DNA of 64,000 bases from Candidatus Hydrogenedens sp. (GTDB lineage Bacteria > Hydrogenedentota > Hydrogenedentia > Hydrogenedentales > Hydrogenedentaceae). The DNA is taken from positions 12,152 through 76,151 of the forward strand of contig JBMFRC010000014.1 in NCBI GenBank assembly GCA_049968235.1. The letters run 5' to 3'. Within the stretch, counting starts at the first letter, position 1, and every line of letters starts with the position of its first letter. The notes under the pieces were generated by a model. The model was given only the letters and a program-made list of their open reading frames with translations. It made no database searches and was not told where the DNA came from. Of this stretch, positions 63,758 to 64,000 are shown one piece after another. A program made the position numbers and the translations under genes.

Positions 63758-64000
63758 ATGTCGAAGCAGAAATTTGAGCGGAAGAAGCCGCATGTGAACA
63801 TTGGAACGATAGGACATGTGGACCATGGAAAGACGACATTGACGAGTGCGATAACGAAGATATTAGCGAGACAGGGTTTGGCGGAGGTGATGGAATTTGA
63901 CCAGATAGATAAGGCGCCGGAAGAGAAAGAGCGGGGAATAACGATAAATATAGCGCATGTGGAATATGAGACGCCGAATCGGCACTATGCGCATGTGGAC
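63758..64000 (+). CDS. tuf: Elongation factor Tu (5' part; continues past window end)
   Basis: [32 protein letters not shown]...[42 protein letters not shown]. Confidence 0.9.
   Translation, partial: MSKQKFERKKPHVNIGTIGHVDHGKTTLTSAITKILARQGLAEVMEFDQIDKAPEEKERGITINIAHVEYETPNRHYAHVD

Overview
This 64-kb window comes from an AT-rich bacterial chromosome. Coding density is about 90%, with AT-rich spacers. No mobile elements, CRISPR arrays or rRNA genes were seen. Taxonomy is inferred only. DUF1559 prepilin-like paralogs, a fused DUF1080 protein, Tat-Gfo/Idh/MocA, ThuA and a PEP-CTERM-like tail suggest a PVC-type or candidate-phylum organism, but FtsZ is present, so it is not a classical planctomycete.

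Housekeeping content:
- menB-menA-menC (menaquinone biosynthesis)
- tgt-yajC-secDF
- murC-ftsQ-ftsZ followed by pilT
- argD-argF-argG and eda
- glnB-glnA behind a sigma-54 promoter, with amt elsewhere
- mfd, purA, rpsD, mdh, gmhA, proS
- the conserved tRNA-Thr/Tyr/Gly/Thr-tuf operon at the right edge

Accessory-looking content:
- a secreted Ca-dependent C-type-lectin protein with EF-hand-like loops and a PEP-CTERM-like tail, next to a DUF1559 pseudopilin-like gene and a PAS-GGDEF gene
- a radical SAM/SPASM enzyme sandwiched between a 1002-aa secreted M16 peptidase and an M23 peptidase, with no obvious precursor peptide
- a second DUF1559 paralog near an orphan sugar-binding lipoprotein, an MBL hydrolase and a GspB-like protein
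- a GT-C glycosyltransferase gene broken by an in-frame TAG and a frameshift
- a ThuA / sugar-isomerase-DUF1080 fusion / Tat-Gfo cluster that looks like a periplasmic 3-keto-glycoside pathway
- a three-gene polyol/sugar catabolic operon (aldolase, long Zn-ADH, SDR)
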